Below, in pieces: positions 1-13,482 of a stretch of 64,000 nucleotides of DNA (position 1 is its first letter; every line of letters starts with the position of its first letter). Source of the stretch: Octopus bimaculoides (Eukaryota). A program made the translations under genes and the position numbers. The stretch spans positions 39,236,660-39,300,659 of the forward strand of contig NC_068999.1 in assembly GCF_001194135.2 (NCBI RefSeq). Reading direction: 5' to 3'. The notes beneath the pieces were generated by a model. That model had not been told where the DNA came from. It saw only the letters and a program-made list of their open reading frames with translations, and did not search any database.

Positions 1-370
1 TTTCTATTTGAAAATTAGTTATGAAACACGTGTAATCTTTTTATTATATTTATCTTATGATATTTACTTTACTTTATATTATACTCATTTATTGTGCTTT
101 TAATTATTAATTTTTCTATACGTGATAGTCGATTTTCATCGACGAGTTCTTGAAACTTGGTTATTTTCCATAAAACTATATATTTTATATATATTTTATC
201 TATAAAGCTCAATTTAATTTTAATTTTTATAAATTGATTTTAATTGAGTTTTTACCTGTAATTTTGGATTTTGTCCCTAATATATATATATATATTGAAA
301 TATATACATACATGAGTGTGTGTGTGTGTTTGTGTATGTCTGTGTGTGTATGTGTGTGTGTGTGTGTGTG

Positions 371-413
<43 letters not shown>

Positions 414-1280
414 TGATTGATAGAAACGTAGAGGTGAAGCCGTTTGGTGAAAACTTCTCAAACACATCTCCGGTTATTTTGGTCGCTTTTTGGGGACATG
501 TCTCTTCTATTCTAGTCTCGATATTACATTTTCATTCCGTCAGGATGAATAAAATAGCGGTGGATTGGCTCCGTTTCTGTAATTCTTTAAAATTTCTGCT
601 TTGTTAATCGTTGGTACTAATTTTAAATCTTCACCAGTTTAAAAACCATCGCATAGGTCTTGTGGTTGCTTCCACTTGAATGACTTATCCGTTAGAAAAT
701 TGGATCAGGTCCTTCGTTGGAAGATAAATTCCTTTCTTCGTTTTTGTTAATTTATTCTTCCTTGTATTCAGATTTTAAACGGATTGAGGAATATTCAAAT
801 TTACCAAAACCGTAGGAAGACAAGGGTCTTAACGACGTTTACCGAGGTGCTGGTGTCGGTTGTAGATTTTCAGGTGGTGAAGATAATAGGAATGGTGATG
901 GTAGAGGTAGTGGTAGCGTAGCTGCTGCTGCTGGTAATAATGATGTTGGCGACAACAATGACAATGATCCTGCATTTGCTGCTTCTGCCACTGTTTATGA
1001 CTGTGATGATGATGTTAATGACAATAATGAAAGTAAATTGAATAATTTACTCTTCTGATTCTATCGGATGAAATTAATATCAAAGCCTAGAAAGTCTCCA
1101 GAGTATCTCAGATGAAATGTGTTTTTGTTACATTCATCTTGAGTGCAAAACTAATGCAGCGTCTAGAGGTATTTATTTGCGCCTTTCGGTATATGTATAC
1201 GAGTCAATCAGTTTGATGGTGTATTTAAATAACATGTTTATATTTTTGTGTACTTGTATATCCCAGTATATATGTATGAA

Positions 1281-1339
<59 letters not shown>

Positions 1340-2415
1340 CTATACGTTAGTACGGAATTATGTGCTTTGAATGTCTGTTTGTCCGAGTGCGTGGATAGAT
1401 TATGTGTGTGTATGTTTTTATGCAAACATTCGAGGCAGTATGGTAAACTCATTCTCCTCACAGATTCCTTCAGACGGCCATGCATGAATCTGCAGGAAAT
1501 TACCAGCATTAGTGATAGGCACCTACTCACACCTCAGCGTGTACATACCCAGGGCGCCCGTATGTATCCAGTGCAATAATTCACAGATCAGCTGCTTACT
1601 GTCACGCGATTCTGTCTCTTTTATAACCCCGAATGTTAAACGTTATCTTCATGGAGCCAGACAAAAACCGGACATGTCCAGACAGGTGATTATGATAACG
1701 ATGGTGATAGTAGCGGTAGTAATAGAGATAATGATGAATGTGATGGTAGTGGTGGTGGTAATGATGATGATGATGATGATGAAGATGATGATGATGATCA
1801 ACACGATGATTATGAGGATATATTTGGATATGTGACTGTTCGTGACCGAATCTTTATGGGTGCGTTCCTGTTAACTATTCAAATTTTGTTTCCCATCGCG
1901 AATTGAAGCATTGCGCTGATATGCGGGTATATAATAAATTTGTATGAGTTTGTAGCAATAACGTTGTAGTAATACGGATAATATGTGTACTTTCGTTCGT
2001 GTATGAATATGCGTTCGTGTGTGAATATGCGTAAAGGCAATCATACGACCTATAACTGCCTTCCTACCGACGAATGTGTGATTCTGTGTGTCTGTCGTGT
2101 TCGAGAGTTTATTTACACGCACATACACACACACGCACTCACACACAAATACCAGCACACAACCCCCCCTACCTATACACATATTCTTACACATTTGTAC
2201 ATATACCTATTTTCCTTTGATGCATAAACATATACATTCACACCAGCACAAAGACATTCCTATCCATAGTTAGTTCCTGCACACCCGCACACACATAGTA
2301 TATATATATATATATCTATCTATCCTTCTATCTATGTATCTCTCTCTCTCTATCTATCTAATTAGGTAGCTATGTGTCTCTGTCTGTTTCTCTCTCTCTC
2401 TTTCTCTCTCTCTCT

Positions 2416-2461
<46 letters not shown>

Positions 2462-4140
2462 ATGTATATATACATGTACACACATACCTATATATAAACA
2501 CACGTATATGTTTGTATGCATGTATTTCTCAGTATACGTGCGTACATGCGTAGGCATGCGGCTGCCTAGTGTGTAGCCAATTCTATGAGAACGCATGTGT
2601 ATGCTTGTACAAGGCTATCCAATTATGTGTTCCTGCTTGATTATGCTTATATGCGAATGTGTGCGCGCGTATTGTTCTTCTCCAAAGAATAGGTTGTCAA
2701 AGTGATTTGCAGGAATAACCTCTCACGACCAGCTGAAAGGAACATGTCCAGACAGTTGGCTTCTCTATTCAAACCAAGATCAATTTAATCTTCTGTTTCA
2801 ACTTAATATATTTTGACATGCTGCTTCTCACCAACATATAAATCTCATTCTTACCAAGACTCTTTCCTCGAAATTCTATTGACATACCAATTATAGCTCA
2901 ACAAACATCCTAATTTAAAGAAAAGAAAGAAAAAAGCTCCCTATTCACTAACAAGTCATATTAATAATCACGTTTTTCGAGATATTTCAAGAAATTTATA
3001 TCGAAGTAATAGATAAAACGTTGGCACATAAATATTTGGGAAGTAAAGAATAGTCTATTTTGTCTGGTTTTACATACCCAATGGTATATTTCTCCCGTAT
3101 GGAGGATGATGATTCTATAACATACACAGGTATCCAAGGCAGTAATGGAAAAAATCTGCAGAAACGCATTTAATCTGATGCTTCTCGCATCTTCTCTCAT
3201 TTCGGTATAACAAACATGAAATTAATTTTCTAAAAGTGTCACATAACGTATTTCATATATTTTGTTGTAGTATATATATATATATATATATTAGCGCCAG
3301 GAAAACATGTTTTCCAGTTGTTNNNNNNNNNNAGCAATTGAGTTGCTTCTCCAACATACTGAAAATTTAGAAATAGCAGTCAAAGAACTACTGATTCTAA
3401 ACTACAAATTTTTCTCTAAAACGGATGGCGATATTTATGGCACACATAGAACAAAAAACCGGAGGGAAAAGCGTAAACAAAACAAGTCTTTAGTTGGAGA
3501 AGCAACTCAATTGCTAATCCCTGTATATTTATGATGATAAATAGTTTTACCGATAAAGGTTTTTTTCATACTGAACTACTTGGCAAAATTGTTAATTATT
3601 AATTCTATTATTAATTGACGATTCCCTGCCCTTATTCTTGTATATATATATATATATATATATTAGCGCCAGGAAAACATGTTTTCCAGTTGTTTTATCG
3701 ACACATGATCTGTGTCCAAGACATACTGTAAGTAAGGAGGCCTACTACACCTTTCTAGCCATTGGCAGTACCAGCAGACCAATGGTTTCTCGGTACTTTC
3801 TGATTATGTTAATCTCATTGGCCAGTAGAGATTTAAACTAGTCGTTTTTCTCTTTCCGAAATCAGCGACGACTGACAATCGCCTGGATAAGTATATATTG
3901 TCAGTAAGGTCGACTGGCTGCCATCTCTACGCAGGCGGTTGTCCAGTACCGAAGCAGGCAAACTACTCAGAAACCATTGGTCAGCTGGTACTGTCAACTG
4001 TTAGAAAGGAGTAGTATACCCCCTTATTTACAGTATGTCCTGGACACAGATCCTGTCTCTGGCCAGGCGGTTGTCCAGTGCCGAAGAAGGCAAATTACCC
4101 AGAAACACCATTGGTTTGCTAGTGCTGTCAGCGGCTATTT

Positions 4141-4343
4141 GTATGTTTGTGTTTGTCCCCCCACGATCGCTTGACGACCGATGTTGGTGTGTTTATGTCA
4201 CCATAACTCAGCAGTTCAGCAAAAGAGACGGCCGATAGAATAAGTACTAGGCTAACAAAAAATAATTACTGTGCTCAATTTGTTCGACTAAAGGCTGTGC
4301 TCCAGCACGGCCACAGACAAATGACTGAAACAAATGAAAGAAT
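4141..4343 (+). mobile_element. SINE family A, 3' portion
   Basis: GTTTGTCCCCCCACGATCGCTTGACGACCGATGTTGGTGTGTTTA...CCGATAGAATAAGTACTAGG...CCAGCACGGCC...AATGACTGAAACAAATGAAAGAATA. The same block recurs in both orientations at ~6.9, 15.9, 29.7, 56.1 and 61.8 kb; A-rich tail; resembles recalled octopus SINEs. Confidence 0.85.
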
Positions 4344-4949
4344 ATATATATATACATGTATCTATGTAGGAATGTAAAATAGTGTTGTATGCTGATAAGC
4401 AATTATTGCTTTATCAAAAATATAGAATTTTGATTCCTTGATATTCAATCCTTTCCCCATTTTTACAGTAGATTTTCAATGAAACACGGTATATAGAATT
4501 ATGAATATTCATTAATTACAGTGATATGAACACCCATATAAATATATGTAAATATACACATATAAATAAATAATTACACATTTGTATGTGTATGCATATG
4601 TATACATATATACACACGCATACTCTAGCAGAAATGTTCGGTGACAGATATTTGGAGTGGGAGAGAACTCATGCAGAGAAGCATTCAAATTTAAATGCAA
4701 ATAACTTCACACGTTCAGAAATAAAGTTTATATATGCATATATATATATATATANNNNNNNNNNNNNNNNNNNNNNNNNNNNNNNNNNNNNNNNNNNNNN
4801 NNNNNNNNNNNNTATATATGTATGTATATATTCATAGATACAGATATCTATACATGTTCATACATACATCATAATACATAATTAAATATATAAATCAAAA
4901 CAACCACACACACGATATGTGATTTTCTCTGTGTCCATGTGCTTCATAA

Positions 4950-5310
4950 TGTCCATGCCAGACATTTTATATTCTCAACCTGAGACATCCATTTCCTAAT
5001 CAGTCTTAGACATAATTTCGGCTTCACTCATCATCAAAGCCTGTTATTTATGTATCTCTACAAAGGCACATATACTTAAGTATGTCCTCTGTGCGGCTTC
5101 AGCCAGATTAAAGGAAATACTTCACTTCTAACAAGTTATAAATTAACTATGTCTTTCAACATCATACCAGTTTCATTCTGTAACATCTGAATGATATTAC
5201 TTTTTATTAATATTAGGAATATCCTCTTTGATAGTTCTTTCTTAATCTTCGTCACCCCTAGAATATAATTCACACCAAGAAATTTATAATTGATTGGTAA
5301 TGCATTGCAC
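4950..5310 (-). mobile_element. Possible highly decayed non-LTR retrotransposon (CR1/L2-like) ORF2 fragment
   Basis: Minus-strand translation gives YKFLGV (5271-5288; RT subdomain-7-like YKYLGV) followed by KIKKELSKRIFLIL, then RGHT (5079-5090) and VKPKLCLRLIRKW (4989-5027), resembling the CR1 C-terminal TRGH...KPRCRLDIRK. Motif spacing does not match an intact element. Confidence 0.35.
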
Positions 5311-6235
5311 CTCTTACCAAAATGGAATCACCTGATATGTAACTATCATGGAACTTAATCAAACCTAATGATAGTTATACGTAATGTGGTAATTTCTTCC
5401 ACTTGCTTTGACAGTTGATTGGAAAACATTCGTTAACAGAAATCTGGAAAGCAAGAAGTAAAAGAATTGTGTTTATGAAGAACTACAAATACGGGGTAGA
5501 CCATTATTGAAGATGATGCATATATACATATTGAGATAAATAGCCGAAGACTGTCTGAAGATTCTGTACGTTGGCTAGAACACAGGAAGACATTGTTTCG
5601 GAGTAGAAACAAGCTTTGTTACTTTGACAGAAGTCTCAGTGTTCTTCAGCAGCAACTTAATCGATTTTCCATCTGCCCTTCCGTAGAATTTTGGTTTGAT
5701 ATGTATCCAATCTAATTTGTATAACATTTCATTTATTGGCCATGTGCTTAATTAAATAAAATTTAATTAATCTTGCTCGATCCATAGTTTGTTGGATAAT
5801 ATGAAAATTTGGTATAGTTGTGCATGGGATTGTATAGTCACTGAGGAATGTAAACAGATGTAAAGAAAAGTTAATACACCTCGGTCGGAATAAAAAAAAT
5901 AATACAGGCTGTCATGACTAATTTCATAAAGCTTCTTTTTTTTTTTTTAGGCAAATCAATGAACAAGTACCCATGCTTTCTGCCTGCAACGGTCACCATG
6001 GGAAAAATAATGAACTCTTTATATTATAGATGAAAGCAAACTAAGTTTCGAAAAGAATATTTGTGGGTTGATGATTACAGTAATGTGAAATTCGTGTCAC
6101 GAGAAAAAGATTTCAGTGGAGTTATTGCGTATTTTCTCTTATTTTGCAACGTTTGAATTTCAAATGCACAAACTCACACATGCAAAGTCATACACAAAGC
6201 GACGTACACATGCATATGTACACACTCACGTGCAC

Positions 6236-6299
<64 letters not shown>

Positions 6300-6835
6300 C
6301 TACACACGTAAATAAATATTGGTGGTATAATTTTATATCTTAATATATTCAGCTATCAGCGAAATGAATAATAGACACAGACAAATAGAGAAAAAATTCC
6401 TTCATGGTTTAATAAAATGGTGATTTATATGCAAATAGCCTAAAAATAGACGCATCTCCATAGTAACTTTCTTTGCCGGCAGATTCTTGTTAATTTTTAT
6501 TACACCATGATAGTTGAATACTAAATAAATATCGAAAATTATCTTAAATATTCAATTTATGATATTCATATTTATTCTTATTAAGGAGAAGATGTTATAA
6601 TCAAAGCTATAAAAAGAAATGAGTTATAACCATCGAAATGTCACATGGGTATTGTTCGTAACAAACATTGTAAAGATCTGATATGATGGTTGGGAGGAGA
6701 GATATTATTTTCCAACTGACCTAAAATTCATATATTAAAATATACCATGAAGTTCCTTTTGAACATATAAGGAAAACTTGAGACAATTGATGAAAGTATT
6801 GTATCAACACACGCATACATAAACATTCTATGTTG

Positions 6836-7273
6836 TACTTGGTTCAGTCTTTAGACGGTGGCCATATCGGGCCACTGTCTTGTGGGCTTTTAGTCGAAGA
6901 TATCAACTGAAAGACTTACTATTTTATGCCTGGTGATTATTCAATCGTCGAGGTTTACTGAAACACTAAGCTACAAACACGGAAACGAATCTACACAAGT
7001 CGTGAAAACATTGGCGAACAAACACAAAGACATACGCACACAACACAGGCACACACATTCACACACACTCACTCACACACATGCACACAGGTGCGCATGC
7101 GCACATACATGTATATATTAACATATATATACATGACGGACCTCCTAGCAGTTTCCGTCTACCGATTTCACTCAAAAGGTACTAGCCGGCTACAATAGAA
7201 GACACAGACCAATATACCGGGAAGTGGGAACGAGTCCGAAACCACGTGGCTGTCAAGCGAGCCATGCCTGCGC
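6836..7273 (-). mobile_element. SINE family A, near full-length, diverged
   Basis: Reverse complement begins GCGCAGGCATGGCT..., passes GGTAGACGGAAACTG and a TG/TA microsatellite middle, then the family A 3' block (matches 4141-4343 in reverse). Confidence 0.7.
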
Positions 7274-8016
7274 ATATACATGCATTTATACATACGTATG
7301 TACATACATACATACATACATACATGATTGCATACATACATGTATAAATGATAAGAATTGAAAAGATAGATATGCATACATATGCAAAGAGCAGGTACGC
7401 AGATGGTCACCATAACATATAATCTTTCTATTTGGAATATGAGAATCTTCAAAACGGATGTAACTGCCAAAGTAGCTTTATTTAGTCTATTATAGCAAAA
7501 CAATGAGAATAGTGTTATCGGACACGAGCTAAAAATATTTTCCATCAGTTTAAGTAGGATGTTTTAGGCAATTATGATGAAAGAATAATATTTATAAAAT
7601 GAAAAAAAATGACAAAATTATTCTTAGGATGGAATATTTTCTAAGAAACAAAGAATATTCGATTCTTTGTTTCTTCCACCTTTGTTGTAATCGATACGAT
7701 ATGTGAATTTAATCAGTAAGTGTGACATTGATGTTCTTGTTGTTCCAGGGCAATACTTTGTCTCGTATACTTTAATCAAAATCCGTCTCTCCTTGAGCAT
7801 GGTTCAACTAAGACTACATTATTTCCCATGTCCTTCGGATTTTGAGACAGATCTTGTAATTTCAGAAATATTTTACAACCATGTGTCGCAGGTGGAGCGT
7901 ACAGTAATGTTACACGCGTTTGTTTATCAATAATTCTTTCATATTTTATTAGCCGCTATGTAATTTATGATCGATTAAGTCAATGATCAAGGGTCTTCTG
8001 CGGAAGACACGTCCCC

Positions 8017-8079
8017 TTTCCATAACTAATATTTAATATGCTCATTCTTTTCCATAACTAATATTTAATATGCCCATTC
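8017..8079. repeat. 32-bp-period tandem duplication (2 copies, 1 mismatch)
   Basis: TTTCCATAACTAATATTTAATATGC(T/C)CATTC at 8017-8047 and 8049-8079. Confidence 0.9.
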
Positions 8080-8890
8080 ATGAAGATAAATAATTCGAAG
8101 TAATTTGGTTAATATTTCTACGAAGTTAACGACTCCATCGTTACACATTCGTAATTTCGTTATGGAACACTTCAATTAGCCAGAAGAGATTTTTAAATAA
8201 GTGGGTGGATTCAAATGTGAACATGAAGAGATACATAAAAATATCATGAAAAATAAATTGCGTGCCCTTTCAGAACGCTTGCCATATTCATTTCTCTTTA
8301 TCGATTAAAGACACGTGATTAATTACAATTTCCTGACGATTGCAAATAACGCTGAAATATGTCCACAATTTCCTCTCATCTCGAAAACTGTTAAACATTT
8401 CCCTCAGTCAATGTATTTCCAATGTCATTTATTAATCAGGACATTTTACTTTAATATTTAGCTGACGTCCACGATTTCGGTAGATTTCTGTACTGTATAA
8501 TGCATTCAAATTGAAGGAGATATAATCATGGTTAAAGGAAATTAATGTGATGGCCGCAGTAATTGTGTTCTCACTGACTTATCTATGTGTTTTATTGGAC
8601 AGGTATATTTGGCGCTCACCTAGTATCCACACATTTCTATTCACAAGAAGATCAGTTAAGGGTTAGTATATAAACTATCTCGCACACATGAGACCGCTGT
8701 AAATATTAATTGCACTCGTGTAATTGCTACCAGTAACTTACGGAGAAAAGTGCAAGTAAAAATTTACCGAAGAATGGCACGGATTTGGAATGTAAAATGT
8801 GAAAACTGAAATGTTCTACACGCAAAAAAAAAAAATATATATTCACAGAAAGTAACGAAAAACCGACACCTTACTCTTTTCTTTCAGAAT

Positions 8891-9024
8891 TTACGTTCTG
8901 AGTTCAAATGGTACCGGTGTCTACTTTACCTTTCATCATTTCGGAACCGATAAAATAAATAACAGTCAACACTGGTGTCGATTTAAGCGACTTCCTCCCA
9001 TGGCCCAAACTTTGAAACAAATGT
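8891..9024 (+). mobile_element. SINE family B fragment
   Basis: TTACGTTCTGAGTTCAAAT...CTTTACCTTTCATCATTTCGG...CGATAAAATAA...ACTGGTGTCGATTTAAGCGACTT; homologous blocks at 16072-16168 (-), 32871-33075 (+) and 34681-34890 (+). Confidence 0.75.
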
Positions 9025-9755
9025 TATTACGGGATGACAAAAGTTGTTAGGTGACGTTATAAATCTACGTATAAAATCTTAGAGTACGCCCCAAAGGAAT
9101 ATGCTATATATGAAATTATTTATATGATATCAACATATTGAATCAGATTGATTCTTTGTTGTGTTGTATCAATTGATTGTTTGAATGATTGTCAGGAATA
9201 TATCATGAGCATTTAATGCAAAGGATGGCATCAGAATCTATTGCCAGATGCCAATAACACCATGGACGTGTGTGTTTGTGTGCGTGCTGTGTATATGTGT
9301 GTGTGCGTTAATAAATGTATGTGTGTATGTATGTAAAAGTTAATGAAACGCATATGTACGTTTACACAATAAAATTAAAAAAAACATAAATACTAATATT
9401 AAGCAAAATTTATGCAACAGAAGCGAAAATGCAATTTATGAAATTGAAAGCTTCAGTGAATCTTTTTAAAATTGAAGTGTGTTGGTGTTAAGAAATGATA
9501 TAAATAGAAGATAGAACACTGAAAGATAAACTGTCAGAATAGAAATCTTTGTTTTATGGAAAACTGCAGTGCATAGACATGTAGAAGTGTGTGCTTATCT
9601 CCCTCCACCCCTCCCTCTTTCTCGCTCTCTGTATATATGCATATATGTGTGTGTGAGTGTGTGAGTGTGCGTGTGTGTGTGTGTGTGTATGTATGAAAGT
9701 ATATATATATATGTACGTACATATGGATAGATATGTGTGTTTGTGCAATTATTCG

Positions 9756-9796
<41 letters not shown>

Positions 9797-10594
9797 GCAT
9801 GTATGTACGTATACATGCATGTATCTGTACGTGTGCGTGTGTGTATATATACGCACGCGCACATATTTATAACCACTGAAGATATTCTTTGAAAGAAATT
9901 TATTGGTGTATTTGGAGGTGAAAATTTATATGAAAATACATTAAAAAAATTTACGAAACCTTTGGAAGCCGAATGAAAATGCTAAACACGGCTGAAACTC
10001 GCCGTATCACACATACATTCAAATAGTTTAATATCGGCACGCAGGTTTGTAAGGTTTTAAAGAAAACGATACAGAGTTTATTCGGAAATTTTAATCTATG
10101 CGTATTTTCAATATATCTCGAATGATAAATGCACGTGCATCACAAAAATAATGTATTCTACTTTATGCAATGCAATATCGTATTGACATACTCTACTTCA
10201 TGGAATGCGATACCGTTAACATCAGAAGAACGCACAGTAATTTCAGATATCGCGAATATATCGCAAATGTTTTGCTTACGTGTGATACACTTTGGAATTT
10301 TAGTTTCCGAGGAATATAGAATCCCGGATTATTTTTAATGAAATATATTTTAATATACGTTATGTAATATACAGTATTGTTAGATGTCTAATTTACATGT
10401 ATTTTATTTCAATGTTTTTCGGTATGTTATGTTGTTAAGTAATACGCATATGTGTATGTGTGTGTGTGTGCGCGCGCGTGTGTAAGGGTACGTGCATATG
10501 TTAATACGCATATAAATATGTTTGTTCATAAGAATATATTCGTTTACATATGTATGTATATACATATGCATATATACGTGTTTGTGGGTATGTA

Positions 10595-10649
<55 letters not shown>

Positions 10650-10694
10650 ACATAGATATATATGTATAAATATGTTTGAAATATNNNNNNNNNN

Positions 10695-10747
<53 letters not shown>

Positions 10748-11685
10748 TCACCTATATACATCCGCATATGTATATTGAGAGGGATGGCTATTTTCCAAAT
10801 GCTTTTCACAACGCATACGTCATCTATTAAATCTAACATGAAACAAACTTAAAACATATATAACGACATAAATGCGTTCAAGCTTTATTAGAAGCGCATA
10901 AATATTAGAGAAACGTATGGAAATGATGAATTTAATTGGAATTATATATTCCATTTAATATCCGGAGTAAATAATGTGATTGGGCATGTTTTTTTTTTAT
11001 ATCTATATCCAGTGTAATTTATCGTGCTATGCATAATTGCCAATACATGTAATTACGACACTCACAATGAAATGTAGTAAATAATCATTTAATTCAATAT
11101 AAATAATATCTATTTAGCCTTGAGCTAGAATATGTTTGTGATTATAAAATCTTGCGTAAAATATAATAAATAACGATAGAAAGTTATATCATCTTGAACG
11201 CTTTGGTTATTTCTAACGTGCGTTATTGAATAAATGAAGTTGGCCCAGTATTAAGTGATTTCAATTATAACTTTCACGATGGGGAGAATTACTTTTACTA
11301 TTTCGAGGTGAATGACATTACTATATTCTGTAGATCAATGTTTAGAAGCAATAGAGGAGCCAAAAATTCACCCTATTCGTAGATGCTCTTACTTGACGCA
11401 ATATTAAACAACTGTAATTTAATTCACACTGTTCTCCAGAAGAAAATAAAATGGTTGCATTCCGCAATGTAGTTGTCCGAGCGACGGGGTATCTGGAATA
11501 CAGCTGATATTGTGAGATATGTGCAACATGTCTGCTATGAGATAAAACCGGCAAACATATAACGAGTTTGAAGTTTCTTCGACTGCTCTTTTCGCACATG
11601 TAATGGTTTCCGTGTAGTCCACAAAAAATAGGAAACGAAATTCCATAAGATTACAAAACAAGCAAAATATTATTACTTACACAAA

Positions 11686-11736
11686 CATACATACATATTT
11701 ACATACACACGCATACATACTTACATACATACATAC

Positions 11737-11767
<31 letters not shown>

Positions 11768-11800
11768 CATACATACATACATACATACATACATACATAC
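11686..11800. repeat. (TACA)n tetranucleotide microsatellite
   Basis: Directly visible imperfect CATA/TACA run. Confidence 0.95.
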
Positions 11801-12327
11801 AAAACAAAACTACCCAGTTGTTGATGTTGAAATTCCAATGAAATCGACTCTTGAAATAAAACTGAACAATCAAAAACACACACATGCACACACACAAACG
11901 CATGTATGTATGCATGTAAAAAGTTCAATTAAAAGTTGGATAAGCCTTATTTAGGAATAATAATATTTGTTGTGAATATTAATTCCATTTATAATACTCA
12001 TCAATAATAGGTAATTAGATAAGCCAAAGTTTATATTTATTAAAGAAAAATAAGGAAATGGAGATACATCAATTAATAAGTATATTTATTAACTACAAAA
12101 ATAAACATGATCTTTAACAGCCGTTTCGATTCATATACGATTGCATATNNNNNNNNNNNNNNNNNNNNNNNNNNNNNNNNNNNNNNNNNNNNNNNNNNNN
12201 NNNNNNNNNNNNNNNNNNNNNNNNNNNNNNNNNNNNNNNNNNNNNNNNNNNNNNNNNNNNNNNNNNNNNNNNNNNNNNNNNNNNNNNNNNNNNNNNNNNN
12301 NNNNNNNNNNNNNNNTATATATATATA

Positions 12328-12630
12328 GGAGCATGACTTAATCATTGGGTTTACGGTCGCAAAATTGCGACTTCGATTCCGGCGGCCCAGTGTGTTCTTG
12401 AGTAATAAATTATGCTTCTTGTTGTTCTAGTCCACTCGGCTGGCAAAAATGAGTAGCACCTGCGTTTCAAAGGGCCAACCTTGACCTATTCTGTGTCAGA
12501 TCGAATCTCATTCAGGAGTACGTTAGGTGTACGCATGTCTGTGGAGTGCTGAGCCACATGTACGTTAATTTAACGAGCAGCCTGTTCCATTGATAGGAGC
12601 ACCACGAACCCTCGTCGTCGTAACAGATGA
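12328..12630 (+). mobile_element. tRNA-headed SINE (family C)
   Basis: Degenerate Pol III head (B-box-like GACTTCGATTCC near 12366), central GTGTTCTTGAGTAA...GTCCACTCGGCTGGCAAAAATGAGT shared with 17657-17800, tail GAACCCTCGTCGTCGTAAC. Confidence 0.7.
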
Positions 12631-12872
12631 AATACGATTTATACTGTAAAAATCAAGTGTAATAAACATATTCCTTTCAACTACTCTCTGAATAACAAAT
12701 TACATGTGAGTATAAAGCTCGCCATATTTCTGAGATATAGGTCTTCATTGCAAATGGGTAATTCCAAGAAACTATATGTAAAATACGGAAAATCAAAAAG
12801 TAATAACAGAACAGCCATTCCGGCAGCGGCAGTGTACCGACAAAACACATATTATATATTACACACACACAC

Positions 12873-12918
<46 letters not shown>

Positions 12919-13361
12919 ACATTAAACATACATACAACACACCAAACACACACTAAACATACACCCAAGTACGCTTAAATGGAGAATATGGCAAATAAGG
13001 GAAAATAAAAATGTCACTAAGGCAGCAAGCGATAGTGATTACTTTGATAACGATAGCAACGAGGATATGTGGAAGCAAACAAGGAGAGTAAGAAGGAGAT
13101 ATAGCAAAAGAAACCAAAAAACAGAGCAACGTTGGAAACATGTCATAAAGTCAGATTGGCCATTATTTTAGTGGCAGTGAAAATGATGTTAGAAATAAAG
13201 CCACGAAAATTCCAGTAAGACATGGAAAGATTATATAAAATTGAGTGTACGTATGTATGTATGTTTGTATGTATGTATGCATGCATGTGTGTATGAATTT
13301 TTGTATATATAAGTATGTATGCATCTCTGTTCGTAAGTCTGCATCTATTTAAATATGCACG

Positions 13362-13482
<121 letters not shown>

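Noticed and set aside
1675-2754. Shared 14-mer ACATGTCCAGACAG at ~1675 and ~2741, one reading GTCPDSWLLY (C-type-lectin-like start)
   Set aside because: A 14-mer match can arise by chance at this scale; no further similarity, and the lectin-like frame lacks later conserved residues.
2855-2909. 55-nt minus-strand exon-like unit with strong acceptor and donor
   Set aside because: Only one frame is open, and joining to the next strong acceptor (~2736) gives a stop after 3 codons; may be non-coding, no other support.
3291-3694. Identical 32-bp sequence (containing palindrome GGAAAACATGTTTTCC) after a TA run at 3291-3322 and 3663-3694
   Set aside because: The first copy ends exactly at a 10-N gap and follows a TA run with a different left flank; most likely an assembly mis-join rather than a biological duplication.
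5580-5652. Minus-strand CTGAAGA ... GAAAC-AAT-GTC
   Set aside because: Neither stem I nor a stem II closing pair can be formed.
12962-13190. Open + frame SDSDYFDNDSNEDMWKQTRRVRRRYSKR...
   Set aside because: Arises from degenerate GAT/AAC and purine-rich low-complexity sequence; no credible acceptor or upstream start.
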